Assembly (NCBI GenBank): GCA_050084515.1
Contig: CM114271.1
Coordinates: 5,518,001 to 5,582,000 of the forward strand
DNA: 64,000 nucleotides
Reading direction: 5' to 3'
Origin: Blasia pusilla
Lineage: Eukaryota
Below the pieces are notes generated by a model. That model ran no database searches. It saw only the letters and a list, made by a program, of their open reading frames with translations, and was not told the DNA's origin. Below are positions 13,118-26,886 of the stretch, piece after piece. Every line of letters starts with the position of its first letter. Position 1 is the stretch's first letter. The position numbers and the translations under genes were made by a program.

Positions 13118-14261
13118 AAGTAAATGATAGTTGCTGGAATGGAACTTGCAGATAAGGAATTCCCCATCCCAGCGTGTATCCATACATGCTCTTTAGCCTA
13201 AATCTGAGATTTGTACATATTGTAGCATGTCAGATACTTTTCAGATTAAAATCAATGATGTAAGTTGTGATGTCTTTGGTGATGGATCTAGATAACTTTG
13301 GCGACGGCTAGGATAAGATGGAGCTAGAGAGTCACAGGGGATGGAGGTCGGAGAGAGCAGATTGGGTGTGTCCTGTGACCGGATGGTCAAAAGGAAAGTT
13401 TATTGAGACCGACGAAACGAGTGTCCAGACTGCAAGGAAAATGTCGTGTGGCAGGTTTGAGGAAGAGGGTTGAGCACTATTCAAGCCTTTGGACTTGAGA
13501 GTAGTAGACCTTGGGTGAATTCATGAACATCACTCCCCCTTGCACAAACTGCAGGAGATTGCGGAAAAGCTCTAATCTGGTTATCTAGAAGTAACAAGGA
13601 GGTAATCACTAACCGTGTAGGCCAGATGTAAACTACAATTGAAGGTGAAGTGAAGTGCCGTGAGCGACTTCTTTCACAAGTGGACGACTTTCAACATTTT
13701 TGTTTCTGGAACGTGAGCGGTAAAAGCCAGCTCCCTCTGTTCCATCACCCAGGAATTCTTCTGTGATATTCATACGAATTTGAACTTATGGCGAAAGGAG
13801 ACACAAGGAGTGATTTCTCGTGTGATAACTGATTAAGGCGGAGTTCAGGGCACGGTATCCGCAGACCTGTCAGAGCTTACTCCTGCCTATGTGACTCGTT
13901 GTCTGTGTCACATAGTGCTAACCCGCGCGATTGTGAGTTAAAAGACGAAGGTTTCTAAATTTTAGATATCGAATATGCTGGATCGGGAGTCGTAATCATC
14001 TGTTTACTCTGGTACATTTACCTACTCTGGTACGTCTGCGGGTTGGAGAGCAAGGTATTCTTGATAGCGGAGTGCAGCTGTTGTGTCCTGGCGTTGAGTA
14101 GTTACTCCAATTATTTTTCCTCGGAGAATCAGGCTGGCAGGCCGTACTTAGGAAGTATTCGCGCCGGAATGTATCCAGCGCCGAGAGCACAGATGTAATT
14201 CTTATTTCTTCCCTTTCCATATTTGAACATGGGAAAGTAAGATTGGTTTAAATTTTGTCCG

Positions 14262-14550
14262 TGGGAGGAACCTAGGGCTAAAGCGAGCTGTCGAAGTCAC
14301 TCTTGCATTCTGACGAAGGACTGCTTGCGCTTTGCAAAAGTGTTCATTTAAGCCCGGATTCACTGTATTATGAACTGTCTATGTCTGGATCTTTCTTTTT
14401 GTCTTTGGGGAGGGCGACCTAGGTGTAAAGCAGTGGCCACTGCCGGGGTCATTTTTGAGTCCTTTCGAAGGGTTTATTGCGCTTTGCAAGTGTGTTCATT
14501 TACGCCCTTGTCCCGACTCACTGTGTTATGACTTGTGTCTGGATTTTTCT
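14262..14550. repeat. Diverged ~145-bp tandem duplication
   Basis: ACCTAGG..TAAAGC...TTGCGCTTTGCAA..GTGTTCATTTA.GCCC...TCACTGT.TTATGA...TGTCTGGAT.TTTCT occurs twice in a row. Confidence 0.7.
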
Positions 14551-16066
14551 TGGTTGTGTCTGGTAAAGGTGTAATAGTACAGAAGTTCCCTATATCGGGA
14601 GTGGCAATTGTTGGGAAAGACTATGAAAGCTGTGGTTTAACATACTTAGCAGTTTTTTCCATGTCTTTCTCTAAACTGAAAGAGAGGAGGGGAGCTGTCT
14701 CAGTTTAATCTAGGCTGGAAATGACATTGTCGGCGTCACGAGTGGCTAGAAAGCCCCATGAATGTTTATTAGGGGATGTCAATTTACTGGCTATCCGGAA
14801 TTGCCCAAGTTAGGGCCCAAGTTAGCCTGGAAATCTATTAGGCTATTCCCAAAAGAGAAGCGGGCGGGAGTCTTGCATAGGCTTGTGTATGTTGGTTGCC
14901 GGCCTTAATTCCACGAGAGACTCGAGAAGAACTGCAAATGAATGGGAATGATCTTCTCAGGAGAGGTCCAAAACGGGTAGTTTGGGAGCTATTCGCTTGG
15001 AATCCGGCCACACTAAAATCCCGGATATGGGTACTATGACACCCTTAGTGTCGATGAAAATGCTAGATGGATTTTTTCATCTACACTATTAATAGAGGAT
15101 GGGATTAGAATTCTTCCTATCCTATTCCTGGGAGATTTCTTGGTGGTGATATATGGCAAGACTGAATTATTCATAATGAATGAAGGGGTGGAAGATTTTA
15201 GATTTAGTGTTCTTCGGTATTTTTTTTCTACTTCCGGGCAACCCTCTAGTGAATCAAAACTCCCATTCCGTGCCTGTGAAGCTTCCGCTAGGGAAATATG
15301 CAGGGCAAGCTTTATTACTCCATTCGTTACTGAAAATTGCGTTCCAGGAGAAGCTGAGACCCACCGAAGAATCGTGGCTGGGTGCTCTGACATCGTGCTG
15401 CCTAGGTCGGGCTCCCTGTCCCACAATCTCTGGGCCACCATTCTAAAGCCTGCGGGGAAATGTTAAATGCTCGACGAAAGTGGCAACGTCCATGAAAGCG
15501 TTTTTTACGAAGTGGAAACCTCTAACGGGAAGTTGACGTGGACAAGTTTAGGGCGAAGCCAAGGAACGCGGGAGAAACGGATGAAAATCATCCAAGAACC
15601 ATCCCGGTCCAGCCAGACTGACGTGAGTAAAAGGTTTGGGGTTGTAACCGGGAGAATTTGGAGCACGTCAATCGCTTACGTGGGTCACGGAATATATTGT
15701 CCACCTGAACCTTGAGGGATAAACTGAAGTATATGGCGGAATGATCTTGTCTTGTACATGCTAGGCCTCTGCTGCTGAGACCTGATTTGAAAAAAGAAAT
15801 CCTACGTACCCTTTTTCATTTTGTTTCTTTAGTCCCTGTCTACTCCTAACAGCACCAACAAATCTCCTCTTTTGTTATTATAAGAATTTTAGTCTCTTAA
15901 CGGCTGGTATTTACTTGATCGGTCAGTATCAACGTGTCACCTTCTCCAACAGAATGAATATGACGGGAAATTTTTCATTGTAAGTAACGTCTGACTGGGT
16001 AGGTAGAGGGAGTGTGCTTCGAGTGGCAAAAAGGATCGTTATTGCGCCCTTTTACATTGTAGCCCA

Positions 16067-16234
16067 CTAAGGTAATGTGCGGATGAAAGACCGCACTCCT
16101 CCTTAACCTTTGGTTAAAGAATTAATTAGTTTTTGGTTTAAATACTCTTGTACACATGTCAACACGGGAAGGTTTTAAGAAGCCTACATGGTAGGAGGGG
16201 TTGTTCAAGTCCTGTCCTCTTTTAATAATATAGA
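16067..16234 (-). mobile_element. Short non-autonomous Helitron-like element
   Basis: The minus strand starts A|TCTATATTATTAAAAGAGGA, identical to the element at 41511, and shares CTTCCCG..TTGACA.GTGTA.AAGAG.ATTTAA with it. It ends with the hairpin GTGCGG-N8-CCGCAC followed by TTAG|T (degenerate CTAG). Confidence 0.6.
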
Positions 16235-16449
16235 TATGTAGGATAGAAGATAATTAAAAAATGATATTCAATATACTCATCAAATAGAGTTGGAAATTCT
16301 TATTGTGGAAACCCGAGTGCAGGTAGGAAGAGTTTACTTTTGTAGAAGGAGAGTATAAATTGTTCATTAAGTAAAGCGAAGCCAACCAAAGATCCATGCA
16401 TGTATTCACATCTACATCTTCTCAATGTATGTTAAAGCACTAGAATAAC

Positions 16450-16780
16450 ATGTACACAAAATTGATGTGGTTAATGGATATCGTCCCTTATAATTGAATA
16501 TGACAACACAACTCATCTTCATGTTGCAAGTATGCCCAAGCATACAAGATCAATCTCCGATATTAGTGTCCAACCTTCGGATCTATATGTGCTCTTTAGT
16601 AGTTCTTGCTGCTACTCAGGGGAATTGGACTATGGTGGTTGTACTAAATCAAGGAGAATGCAAATGAGCAAATTGTGAGATGAGCTTTACAAAACCATCA
16701 GCTTGAAACTAACCAGTACCTTTGTTGAAGTTTACAAACATGCAAGCCCATTAAAAATAGGACAAAGTTGATGACGATGA
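16450..16780 (-). pseudogene. Possible PIF1-type (Helitron) helicase C-terminal remnant
   Basis: Frame-broken minus translation VQFP*VAART ... YRSEGWTLISEIDL resembles PIF1 motif V (QFPL.LA.A.TIHKSQGLTL...IDL). Very decayed. Confidence 0.35.
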
Positions 16781-18499
16781 GGGAGCATTCTAAGGATATG
16801 TTATTAGGTTTGGTGGAGTAAATAATATGTGAGTAATACTCCGAGAGAGCTCAAACAAAACATTTCAAAAATTTGCAAGAGCTACATGATAACATGCACA
16901 TATTAAAGGATTATGCAATTGTGAAGGAGAGCAGGATATACACGAGCAACAATGCTACAATTAACTAAAATATCCAATGATCTTGAACTACCTAGGTGAT
17001 GTAGATTTGTGCATATTTTTGTATGTTTCTATATCTCCCTTTCTCCATAATATTGATTGCTCCTGAGACACTTATAAGTTTGAGAATACTCATGGAAGCT
17101 AAATTTTGAAAGTTGAGATAAAAACTTCACATTGTTGTTGAGATGTTGATACAACACAGGGATATAAAGACTTCGCAAGTACTAAAGCACAAGTTTTGTT
17201 GTGAAAAGAAGATAGAATGGACAAAGATGACATGTTGTTAGGACCATAAAATTTTCTTGTACCAAAGCATAAATAACACTTTGCATAGACTTTTTTAGAG
17301 ATAGAAAGTCAATAAGATGCCATGTCACATACTAGTTGTCATCAAGCAAGAATATCTAGAACACACCATCTCATCAATATTGGTCTCTCAACATGAAAAT
17401 GTATATGTCTAAAAACGTAATTTTGGCCTAACCGATTTCCACTCTATTATTAAGCCTAGTGAAACATTACCACAAATTAGTAGAAATGGGTGAAACATTT
17501 GAATTATTGAAATAGTATGAGAATATCTTCATTGTTAAGAAGACCAAGGATCAACTGAAGGGCAAGACATTGCACCAAGGTATATTTTGTTGTTTAGGTT
17601 TTCTCAAAGATTAATTTATTTTGTTTTCTTTGTGTCTTCATAGGATATGTTGATAGAGGACGTATTTTATTAATTCGTTATGGTTGCCCAGTGAATAAAT
17701 TTGGATCTAGATGTTGTACCTTTGTTGACTTGGATTTCACACTCTAGAATTGGAGTGCTTCTATTCTATGGAGTACATCTAGCTTACTTGAGAATCCACA
17801 CAACCCATCACTTTTGTATAGGGGTGTGTATTTGATGAAGGCTCATAAAAAAAAGATAATCAATAATATTCAATACATGCTTGGATGTGTCAAAGGGCAA
17901 GGGGATGAAGTCATATGGTAAGGAGAATAATGTCAAAAGTGGAAATGTATCACAAAATGACCCCTTAAAGAAAATACCAATTTTTAAAGTTATGTAAGGC
18001 TAGAAAGGTATGGCACTCCATAAATTGAATTCCAATATCTTGATTGATTCTACAGTTGTAGAAGATATCAAAATTTAAAAATAAAATTAAGGGGAAGCAA
18101 AAGGTTTGATAGGATATCACATTTTTTTGTGCAAATATTTATACCAATACATGGGTGACTTCCCATCATAAGTCACAAAGCATCAAAAATCTGAATGCAA
18201 ATAAATTCCAAGGGAATGGAGAAGAAAGCAGTAGTTCAAGAGTGCAAAAGGGAATGTGTAATGGCTTATTCTATGTTGTTGAAGCACATGCATGGTTTCC
18301 CTCTTGGAAACAACATAAAAGTAGTAGTGAAGATTATCGCTTTAGGGGACATGGTTGGTGAGATGATAAGAAGAAGGAAATGGGAGTCACATAGATACAC
18401 CTACAAGGAATAGTAGCGTACATGAACATCCTTTGGTAATAGATGCCTAAATGGCAAGGCTAATAGTGAATAAATCAAAACCTCAAAGAAGTCATCAGA

Positions 18500-19100
18500 G
18501 AGCTTGATATCAATGAGTAAAGGAGACGATGGATATCATCATCACTAGTGAACATTATCCATAATTTCCCTAGCCAAATTTATAATTGGTGTGGTCCAAA
18601 AGAATAAATCCATATAAGTGGTTAGCTAATATCCTTGCCAAAAACATATATGTTGACAAGAACATCCCTACTAGTAGATATTTTTCCACTTATATGGAAA
18701 GCATGGGAAATATAAGCTATCATGGAGTAGAGAGCATTGCCTTGATCGAATGCTTGGAAACCAATCAAACTCATTTTTTATGATATCAAAGTTGTTGGAA
18801 TGTATGGCAATCATGGATAATAGTTGAATCACTAAGCGGCGTACCCATGATGGAACTCTTCAAGAAAACTTTTTTTGTCCATCAACATGTTAAGAAATTG
18901 TGGATTATGTGAAGTCTGTTGTGTCCCTCAAAGCTTGCCACACATTTTTTTTATAAAGCATCCAACCCAATTATTTTTTTGCGTGGTTTTGGATGGTGGA
19001 GGTAAAAATTATTATCCATTTTTATTCACTTGCTCATATTGAGAACACGGAAACGTGGAAGTAATTTTGTAAGAATTTTGAATAATGCCGTCTTAGAAAT
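18500..19100 (+). mobile_element. Degenerate Mutator-like (MULE) transposase fragment
   Basis: Frame-broken KACHTFF...LFFCVVLDGGGK...LAHIENTETWK*FCKNF resembles the MULE core (D..H....LL.AV..DG.....P.AFA....E..E.W.WF). Confidence 0.5.
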
Positions 19101-19699
19101 AGTATCATCTTGCAAAGTGTGCATGTCGTGTAAACTCAAGGACATGGTGGGAAACATGATTTGTTATGTTTAGTTCTTGGCTTACGTTGTCGTGTCGAGA
19201 GCCTTTCTTCGAGTAAGGACGGATCTTCTAGCTACAGCAGACGTGGCTGATGCAAATCGAACTCTAAAAATTTTTCCTTTTTCAGTACAGAATTATTATG
19301 TAAACTCTCCATTATCTCACAATAGGAATCACGAATGGTAGTGCCAAGGCGATCATTTCTTCCTAACATAAAATCCCAAAATTCCTAACTATGAAATCCC
19401 TGTAAACTATTTTATATTTGTACACAAGGAAAATAGTACAACTAGTGTTAAACCCTACTCGAGCACGCCTATTGACGTCCATAGATAGCTATATAATGAC
19501 ATACAAAGTGCAATCCCATGTCCTTCCGTACGTGACAATAGGGAGAATCATCGGAGTTGGAGATTGCATGACTTGGTTCATAAACGCGTCCCCAAAGTGA
19601 TGAACTAGATAGCAAGTGAACAAGTGCCTATCTACAAAGAGAATCTTAACATGATACGGGTTAAGGAAAGGAAAATCCGGCACAACTTGTGCTCCACCC

Positions 19700-20900
19700 C
19701 TATCCATTCTTGACAAACATCCTCTACTCTCTTCTAGAATGAGATTTGGCGGAATTGCTTTCCCAAGAGGGATAATCCACTCTCATTGGGAAAATAACAA
19801 GCCACACCGTCGTCTATTTCTAGTATGACGAAACTCGTCTAAGGTGATAAGTCTCTCATCTCCACACATACCACACTCTAGAAAACTCTCGAAGAATAGA
19901 TCAAGGTCAAGTTACTCTCCGAAGAGGGATAATCCACTCTCATTGGAAGAGCAAGCAATCCCAAAGCCATACACTCAAGAGTGACACGAGAGACTCAAGA
20001 TGTAAAGTAGAAGGTGATGAATCCTTGAAGGTCCCTCCTCTTTATATACTCACAAGGGATCCACAAGAGTATGAAATATGACTAATCTTATCTTGTGCCA
20101 CATGGCTTCCTCTCAAGGCTTAGCCAATCACATTTTGACACAAGTAGATTACCTCTTATCTCTTCCACAATATCCTTTTTTACTCACTTCATATCTTCCA
20201 AACTACCCCACCAACCCTAGCCACCAACCAAGACTACTTTTGCTTTTGTTTTATTAAAGCACCAACCCCACTATTTTACATTTCTAATCCCATCTTTTAT
20301 TTATTATCTTTTTTCCTAAAGTTGGGCCCGTGCAAATGAGTCACCCTAAAGAGGTTTAAACATGGGAATTTCATTTTTCTAGGCTAATTTATTTAATACT
20401 AATAAAACTCTCTCTAACACTTAATGATAGATGAGTTTATAGAGCGGATGATTTTACTATACAACAACGTGTACATAGACGATAATGCTATAAATTTTAT
20501 ACGAATGTGTACGAGCACAATCATGTCGCAAGCATAACAACATCCTTGTTTAGAGTTTCTCATTGTGAATTCCATGTGTATAAGGTTAGGTTAGTCTTGA
20601 TTGTACCCTATTCAATATCATTACACTCATATAAGACATTTAATATTGCATTTAGTCCATCTTGATCACCTCCAATACGAGTGGAGGGATGTAATCATAT
20701 TATGGTAAAATGTTGAGAAAGGTTCTTCATAACATTGTTCTCCCAAAATTATTTACATTTTTCAAATATTTATATGTATAGATTTTTTAAATATTCGTAT
20801 GATTCTACAATGTTCTCATCATTCTAAGCAAATTTTCCAATCTCCTTGAACTTAGTTGCTAGCTATTTTAGGCTTATGGGATACTCTTATATTTAATAGG
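19700..20900 (-). mobile_element. Putative LTR (minus strand starts TGTTAG at 20418) next to a faint Copia RNase H remnant
   Basis: LTR-like composition with a TATA-like tract (~20040-20048) and an internal ~27-bp direct repeat GGGATAATCCACTCTCATTGG (~19768 and ~19926). Minus translation near 20600-20670 weakly resembles RTKHI.IK.H. Confidence 0.35.
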
Positions 20901-21036
20901 GATCTATTGGCAAAATTACTAGTGTGAGTAAACTATTTCAAACATTCTTATATATTAGAGCTCTTTCTTTTTCACTATATATTTTTCACCTTGAAACCAA
21001 AGAAAATTGGTCAGCATTCAAACTATATTATAGTGA

Positions 21037-21281
<245 letters not shown>

Positions 21282-24021
21282 GTAGTCAACTATACTAAAA
21301 ATTATAACTTTCCCAAAATATTGAGTTTCTATATATGGCCCCAAATGAGCCGAAACGAAGGAGAAACCTGCTCTTTCAGATTATCCATTGCCTTAGAAGG
21401 CCATCCTTAACCTCTTGAGGCTGTCCTTCCGTATCAAAGGCACTCTACTAGATGTCGTTGATCTATCCTAAAAGATGTAACATTATTGACAACATCCACA
21501 CTCTACACATTTTTTTCCATCCACATTAATAACATCCAACTTTGGAGATACTAGCTATTACCCTCTATATTATCGAAACACATACTTTCAATGAGATACT
21601 ACGAATCTAGAGTTTCTCTCCTATAAACAAGTCCCAGTCCTAGCCATTTTATATATCCACACCTCCCTCTAAGACACAATCTCTAGATTTTTGCACCATA
21701 CCACACACAACTACACAATATTTTTTAGAACATTGATCCATGTCCATTTAGAGTGTTAATTTTTTTAGTCATAATGAATATTTTTTGATAACGAGATTGA
21801 TTTTTGCAACCCTCATAGCCACACGCACGCCAATGCAAAACATCATAACTCTAGTGGGCTCACACTTGGATAGAAGTGCATCAGACTCTCACAAATGAGA
21901 TATGAGTTGCAGAAGCAAGACGCGAGCCTTTAGGGGGTATCTCAAATGATGAAGGTCATAACCTAGAAGAACAAGACTAGAAGTTGAGTTGGACTTAAGA
22001 AGAGCTCAAGGCCCACAAGGGTTGGGCACCAAGGGGACTCCAACCAGACTAAGCGTTTGGGGATTCTTGATGTTTGAGGTCATAATGATTAGACCCAATG
22101 TGTACTTGGGATGAATAAGGTGGTATTGGAAATTTTGTAAGGAGATAATTCCAAAACACTAAAGATCTAGACAAACCCATGAGCATAGATCTTGAAACCA
22201 TCCCAAGATACTAGAATGATAGTTAGGTTGAGGGCCACAAGGAATGGCCCAGAAGGACTTTCCTTAAGGTAGAGAGGGAGTGGGATCTCTAAAACTATAT
22301 ATAAGGGGAAGGATCTATGAGGGTATTTGAAACCTAAATCTGACCTTGGAAAACCATGGGCGTGAACCAAGGATACAGCATGGATCAAGAGATTGGCTTC
22401 GAGGTTGAACACCCCAACCAAGTCTAGGACCCTAAGTGGGCCAATTATGGACACCAACCGAACCATATGGATTTTTCTACTTGGAGCAATCTTCTACAAA
22501 TACTGTTTACACCATCTTATTTGAATCATCAAAATGTTTCATTATAACGTTAACCAACTTAGATGATGTGGATAAGCCCATTATAGTGTAGTTAGTCACT
22601 CGAGTCTTCAAGGCTCAAAGAAAGGGATCTTCAACGCCAAAAGCAAGTTCAACAAGCATAACTACAACTAAATAGGCTTCTTGATGGCTTTCTCTATAAG
22701 TGCATTTGATTTGGAGAATTTTGGTGGTTATAAAAGAAAGTTCAAGATCCACCATACATCAGGAAATAAGATAGAGATCCTTGTTGTACCAACCTTACAT
22801 GGTTATGAATATCAAAACATTTAGTTTAATTTGTTCTCATGTATGAATTTTTGCCTTGAATTTCCAACCATGAATCCTTACTTCTTTCAATATGTGCTTG
22901 TGAAGGTTCAAGCTTAGAAACTTATGTTCCACTTAAATTATATGTTTGGATATAGTGATTGATCTGTTTTGGTCCTATCTTTACGACTCTACATTTTCAA
23001 GGAGCGATTAGCATCAAGCGCCCCTATGGTATTCTAGAAGTCTCATTTGGAGGAAAGGTAAATTTCGTGCATCTCTTTGGATCTATAAAGGTTTATCATT
23101 TATAATCCATGGGAGATTCACTCTTGTTCAAATCCACATCTTTGTATGATATTGATAGTGTTATTTTTATGAATGTTTTTACATGATGTTGCATGGAATG
23201 CAATGAATTTTGTCTCAACTTAGGCCACTAGGTTAATACTTCAAAATGCATCAAACAATTGTAGTTCTTTCTCTTATTGTGTATTTGCATACATGTGCAA
23301 AATACCTTGCTATCAAATCAAGTATTATGGCTATTTTCAATATGTGAATCATGTAAATTTCATAAGCAGTAGTCTTAATAATGGTTGTAGAGTTTCAACT
23401 TGAAAGATGATCAACATAAGTGAAACTCGAACTTTTAATTCCAAGTGAAGTTCCTATGAGATGTTTGGTTTGCCACCAACATGTGTAGAATATGAATCTG
23501 CATGATGGACAATATTATCTCTTATAATCTCAATAGTGATTTAACTACTCTATGTAGGGAGGTCTTTCTTCAATTCTAATCCCCACCGAAGACGTATTTG
23601 ACATTTCATATTTCATACTAACCAAGACCTCACTTACAGAAGGGCCTGACTCACAATATTTTAAATTATCCAAAACCTAGAGTATGAAGGTAATTTCCTT
23701 TTTGTGTCACAGTTTCTCTATTTGAATATGATGGAAATTAATTTTGACTACTATTAGGGAGGCGAAACTCATTAAATTGAGGTGAAATCCAATTACCAAA
23801 ATAAGTTCTTTGGTGTTATTTTTAATTTTAATTTTAAACTTACAAAAACTTCAGACCTCAATGTGGTTTGTATAAGCAATTCAAGAATTAGAACAAATCA
23901 CGATTAATGACAATGGTTCCATATTAGAGAATAGTATCTCTACAAATCAAAGCATCAATACTAAATTTAACCTTAAAGAACAAGTTCGAGTAAAGCTTTC
24001 ATACAAAATCACTTAACCCTG

Positions 24022-24207
24022 AACCCTAGTTTCCCGAGTAGTGAAATAGTCGGGAGCCGCAGCGGTAGCGCATTCTCGTATGTCGAGTTATCTCCATGTT
24101 CAAGTTCCATTGAAGCTCTTATGTGAGCGCACGGACAGACTAGGCAACTTTTTATCTCTAAGTTTTGTTAAGATTTCAGTGATTTCGTCACTTTCTGTTT
24201 TCGCACA
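24022..24207 (+). repeat. Copia 5' LTR (5'-truncated)
   Basis: About 90% identical by eye to 35074-35254. Ends in CA immediately before the PBS. Confidence 0.88.
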
Positions 24208-24219
24208 TGGTATCAGAGC
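24208..24219 (+). promoter_or_regulatory. Primer-binding site complementary to initiator tRNA-Met
   Basis: TGGTATCAGAGC directly after the LTR terminal CA. Confidence 0.92.
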
Positions 24220-25567
24220 AGTAGGTTTTCGAGTATTTTGTATGTGGCGATCTAATGTGTTTACACAAAATTTTGAGAGATGGCTACTTCTTCGTCAGTT
24301 CGTGCTCGCCCTCCTATACTGCGTGAAGGGAAGTTAGATGGGACTAACTTTACATTGTGGAAGTTCAAAATGAAATCTGTCCTCGAATCATTTGAGATCT
24401 AGGAGACCGCCACAGGGGCCGATTCGAATCCACAAACTACTTTGAGTTTTTCATGTTCATCTTCATCTGGTGATATCGATCCTGTTGTATTGCTGACATG
24501 GAAACGTTGATGCTCTATATACGATTGTCATGAATGTAATTGATTCTGTCATGACTCTCATTCAACATACGACCACTGCTGCTGAGGCTTGGAACATGTT
24601 GAAGAATTAGTATGAGACGAGCAATGAGACTCGGATTTGGAATCTGGAGAATCAGCTTACGTCCGAGAAATTTTCAGAAGGAGAAAGCGCGGAGTAATTT
24701 TTGACAAGGATCAAGAATCTTCAAGATTAGTTGGTGTCCATAGTAATTTAAAAGTCTAGCAAAGATTTGGCACGTCGGTGCATAAGGATTTTGCCTCCAA
24801 GGTATGACGGTTTGGTCACTACATTGAATACTCAAGTAAGACCCACCCCGCTTATTTTTGAACAATTTAGTGCAATGTTGGTAGAAGAGGAAATGCGCTT
24901 CAAAGCAAGATAGGGAAGTGAAGCAGCATTTACTGCCAACGTACAAAGAGGTATAAATCAAGATTACAGTTCAAATGTCAAGAAGAAATTTCCAAGGAAA
25001 GCCTTCAAATGCTTTTATTGTGGTAAGCTAGGTCATCTTATCAAATATTGTAGAAAGAGGAGTCTGGATGAGAAGAACAGTTGTTTAAGACTAAGAAGGA
25101 GTATGGAAATTCTGTAGAACTAGGAAAACATGAAGTAGATGCTTAGTAGCAATCGAAGAGTTTTGCACATAGGAAGAACATTCCACTAAGTCAAAGAGTG
25201 AAGATGCATGGGTGCTCGATAGTGGAGCATCTACGCATATGACCAATCATAAGGATTGGTATAGCTCCTTATAGCCTCTACAGAAACCCATCGTTTTTAC
25301 TGTTGGGAATAATGCAAAATCCCCTGTAGAAGGTAAAGGCACAAATTCTTTAGTCTCACAAAAAAGAGATGAAAAGAAGTTAATTGATGTACTGTACGTA
25401 CCAGAGTTGAAGCGCAATTTAATTTCAGTAGCTGTCGTGCGCATACATATCGCTACACAACATACATCGCTGGTCACATCTACACCACACAACACCGATC
25501 TTCCCCACACACAGGTCGATCCACACATGTACAAAAATCAACTTATACATATACATGGAGATCACAC

Positions 25568-26860
25568 AACCAACCCATCCGCCTCAGGATAATCTCTGGA
25601 CGTGGTGCGGTGATCTATCAGCGCCTGATCACAGAAGGCCTGAAACTCTCCCCTGAACTCGGTACCCTTGTCAGTCAACACCTCCGCCGGTGCACCAAAG
25701 TGACTAAGCACACGATCTAGAAACGCATAAAGTGTTCCTCGCCGCTTTGTCCGGTAGTGCCACCAACTCTATCCACTTGGAGAAATGCTCCACCATGACC
25801 AACACGCACCTATGATGACGCCTGTCAATGGCAAAGGTCCCCAAAGTCTAAACTCCACCGATAACCTAAACCCATAATCGGCAAAGGATGTAATCGCGAG
25901 TGGGAGCATTGAAGGATGCTCGCACTCTGTCACATACCATACATTTGGCCACAAAATATCTGCACTTCAAAGATGCATGCCGCGCCACCAATACTGAACC
26001 TGGAGTAAGCTGTAAGTACGCTTTACTCCGAAATGTCCCAACTCCTCATGGGCATGTCGCACTACACGTGCTCGCTGGGAAGGATGAGATACCACTCGTA
26101 TCCTACCATCTCCCCATACCCGCAAAATGTGAGTTTCCTCCCACCTGAACCTCTTGGCTCTCTGTAGGATCCGATCACGCTCCCTAGCACTCACTGTACT
26201 CGCAATGACGCCAGTGCGCAAGAACTCCACAACCTCCACGTCGTCATGGATATCACGACCACCTGTCGCCTCCTCAGTGACATCCGGATCCAAAGACTCA
26301 TCATCCAATCCCACCACTGGAGTCATCACCTGTGGCTTACCTACCATAGTCAACCAACAAAGATAGGCAGATGCATGCCAACCGGGCACCATCTCCTCAT
26401 CACTCTCTCCGTGCCATCGAGCTCTTGTGTCGTCTCTCTGACTCGGACATGGGTTATGACTCAACCCATCCGCATCCAGGTTTAGCCGACCTGGTGTATG
26501 AACCACCTCAAACTCATACTCCTGTAGTAATAGAGCCCACCTGGCAAGCTTTCCCATAAGCTTGTCGGACTCCATCAACCACCTCAACGGCTGATGATCA
26601 GTGATAAGTATGAAAGGGTTGCCGAATAAATAGCACCTAAAATGTGCCACGGCCCACACTGCAGCCAAGCACTCTCCTCGTAGGGAGCTGACTTTACTTT
26701 GCCTCGCAATGTTGTTCGATCGGCTCACGTAAGCCACAACGAACTCCTCTCTCCTCGCATCTCTCCGAGTAAGCACGCTCCTAGACCCAACATGCTCCAA
26801 TCCGTATGTAACTGGAATGGGCGACCCCTAACCGGTCTCTGTAAAATGGGTGAGGACGTC
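25568..26860 (-). pseudogene. Gypsy RNase H and integrase, truncated inside the catalytic core
   Basis: RH: VVAYVSRS, GECLAAVWAVAHFRCYLFG, LITDHQPL, KLARWALLLQEYEF, ADGLS. Integrase Zn domain: HEELGHFG...YWWRGM...C..C. Core: WSLDF, VLTDKGTEF, HRTTSRDYPEADGL, then an abrupt loss before the catalytic Glu. Confidence 0.9.
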
Positions 26861-26886
26861 AACCTGTCCTTGAGCTCCTGAAAGCC

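Noticed and set aside
7011-16234. Giant Helitron capturing the FEX gene
   Set aside because: The 5' end at 16234 has a nearer 3' terminator at ~16067, and FEX looks like an intact resident gene.
24013-24029. TTAACCCTGAACCCTAG as a telomere-repeat remnant at the LTR edge
   Set aside because: Only two degenerate units, and AACCCTAG is part of the LTR itself.
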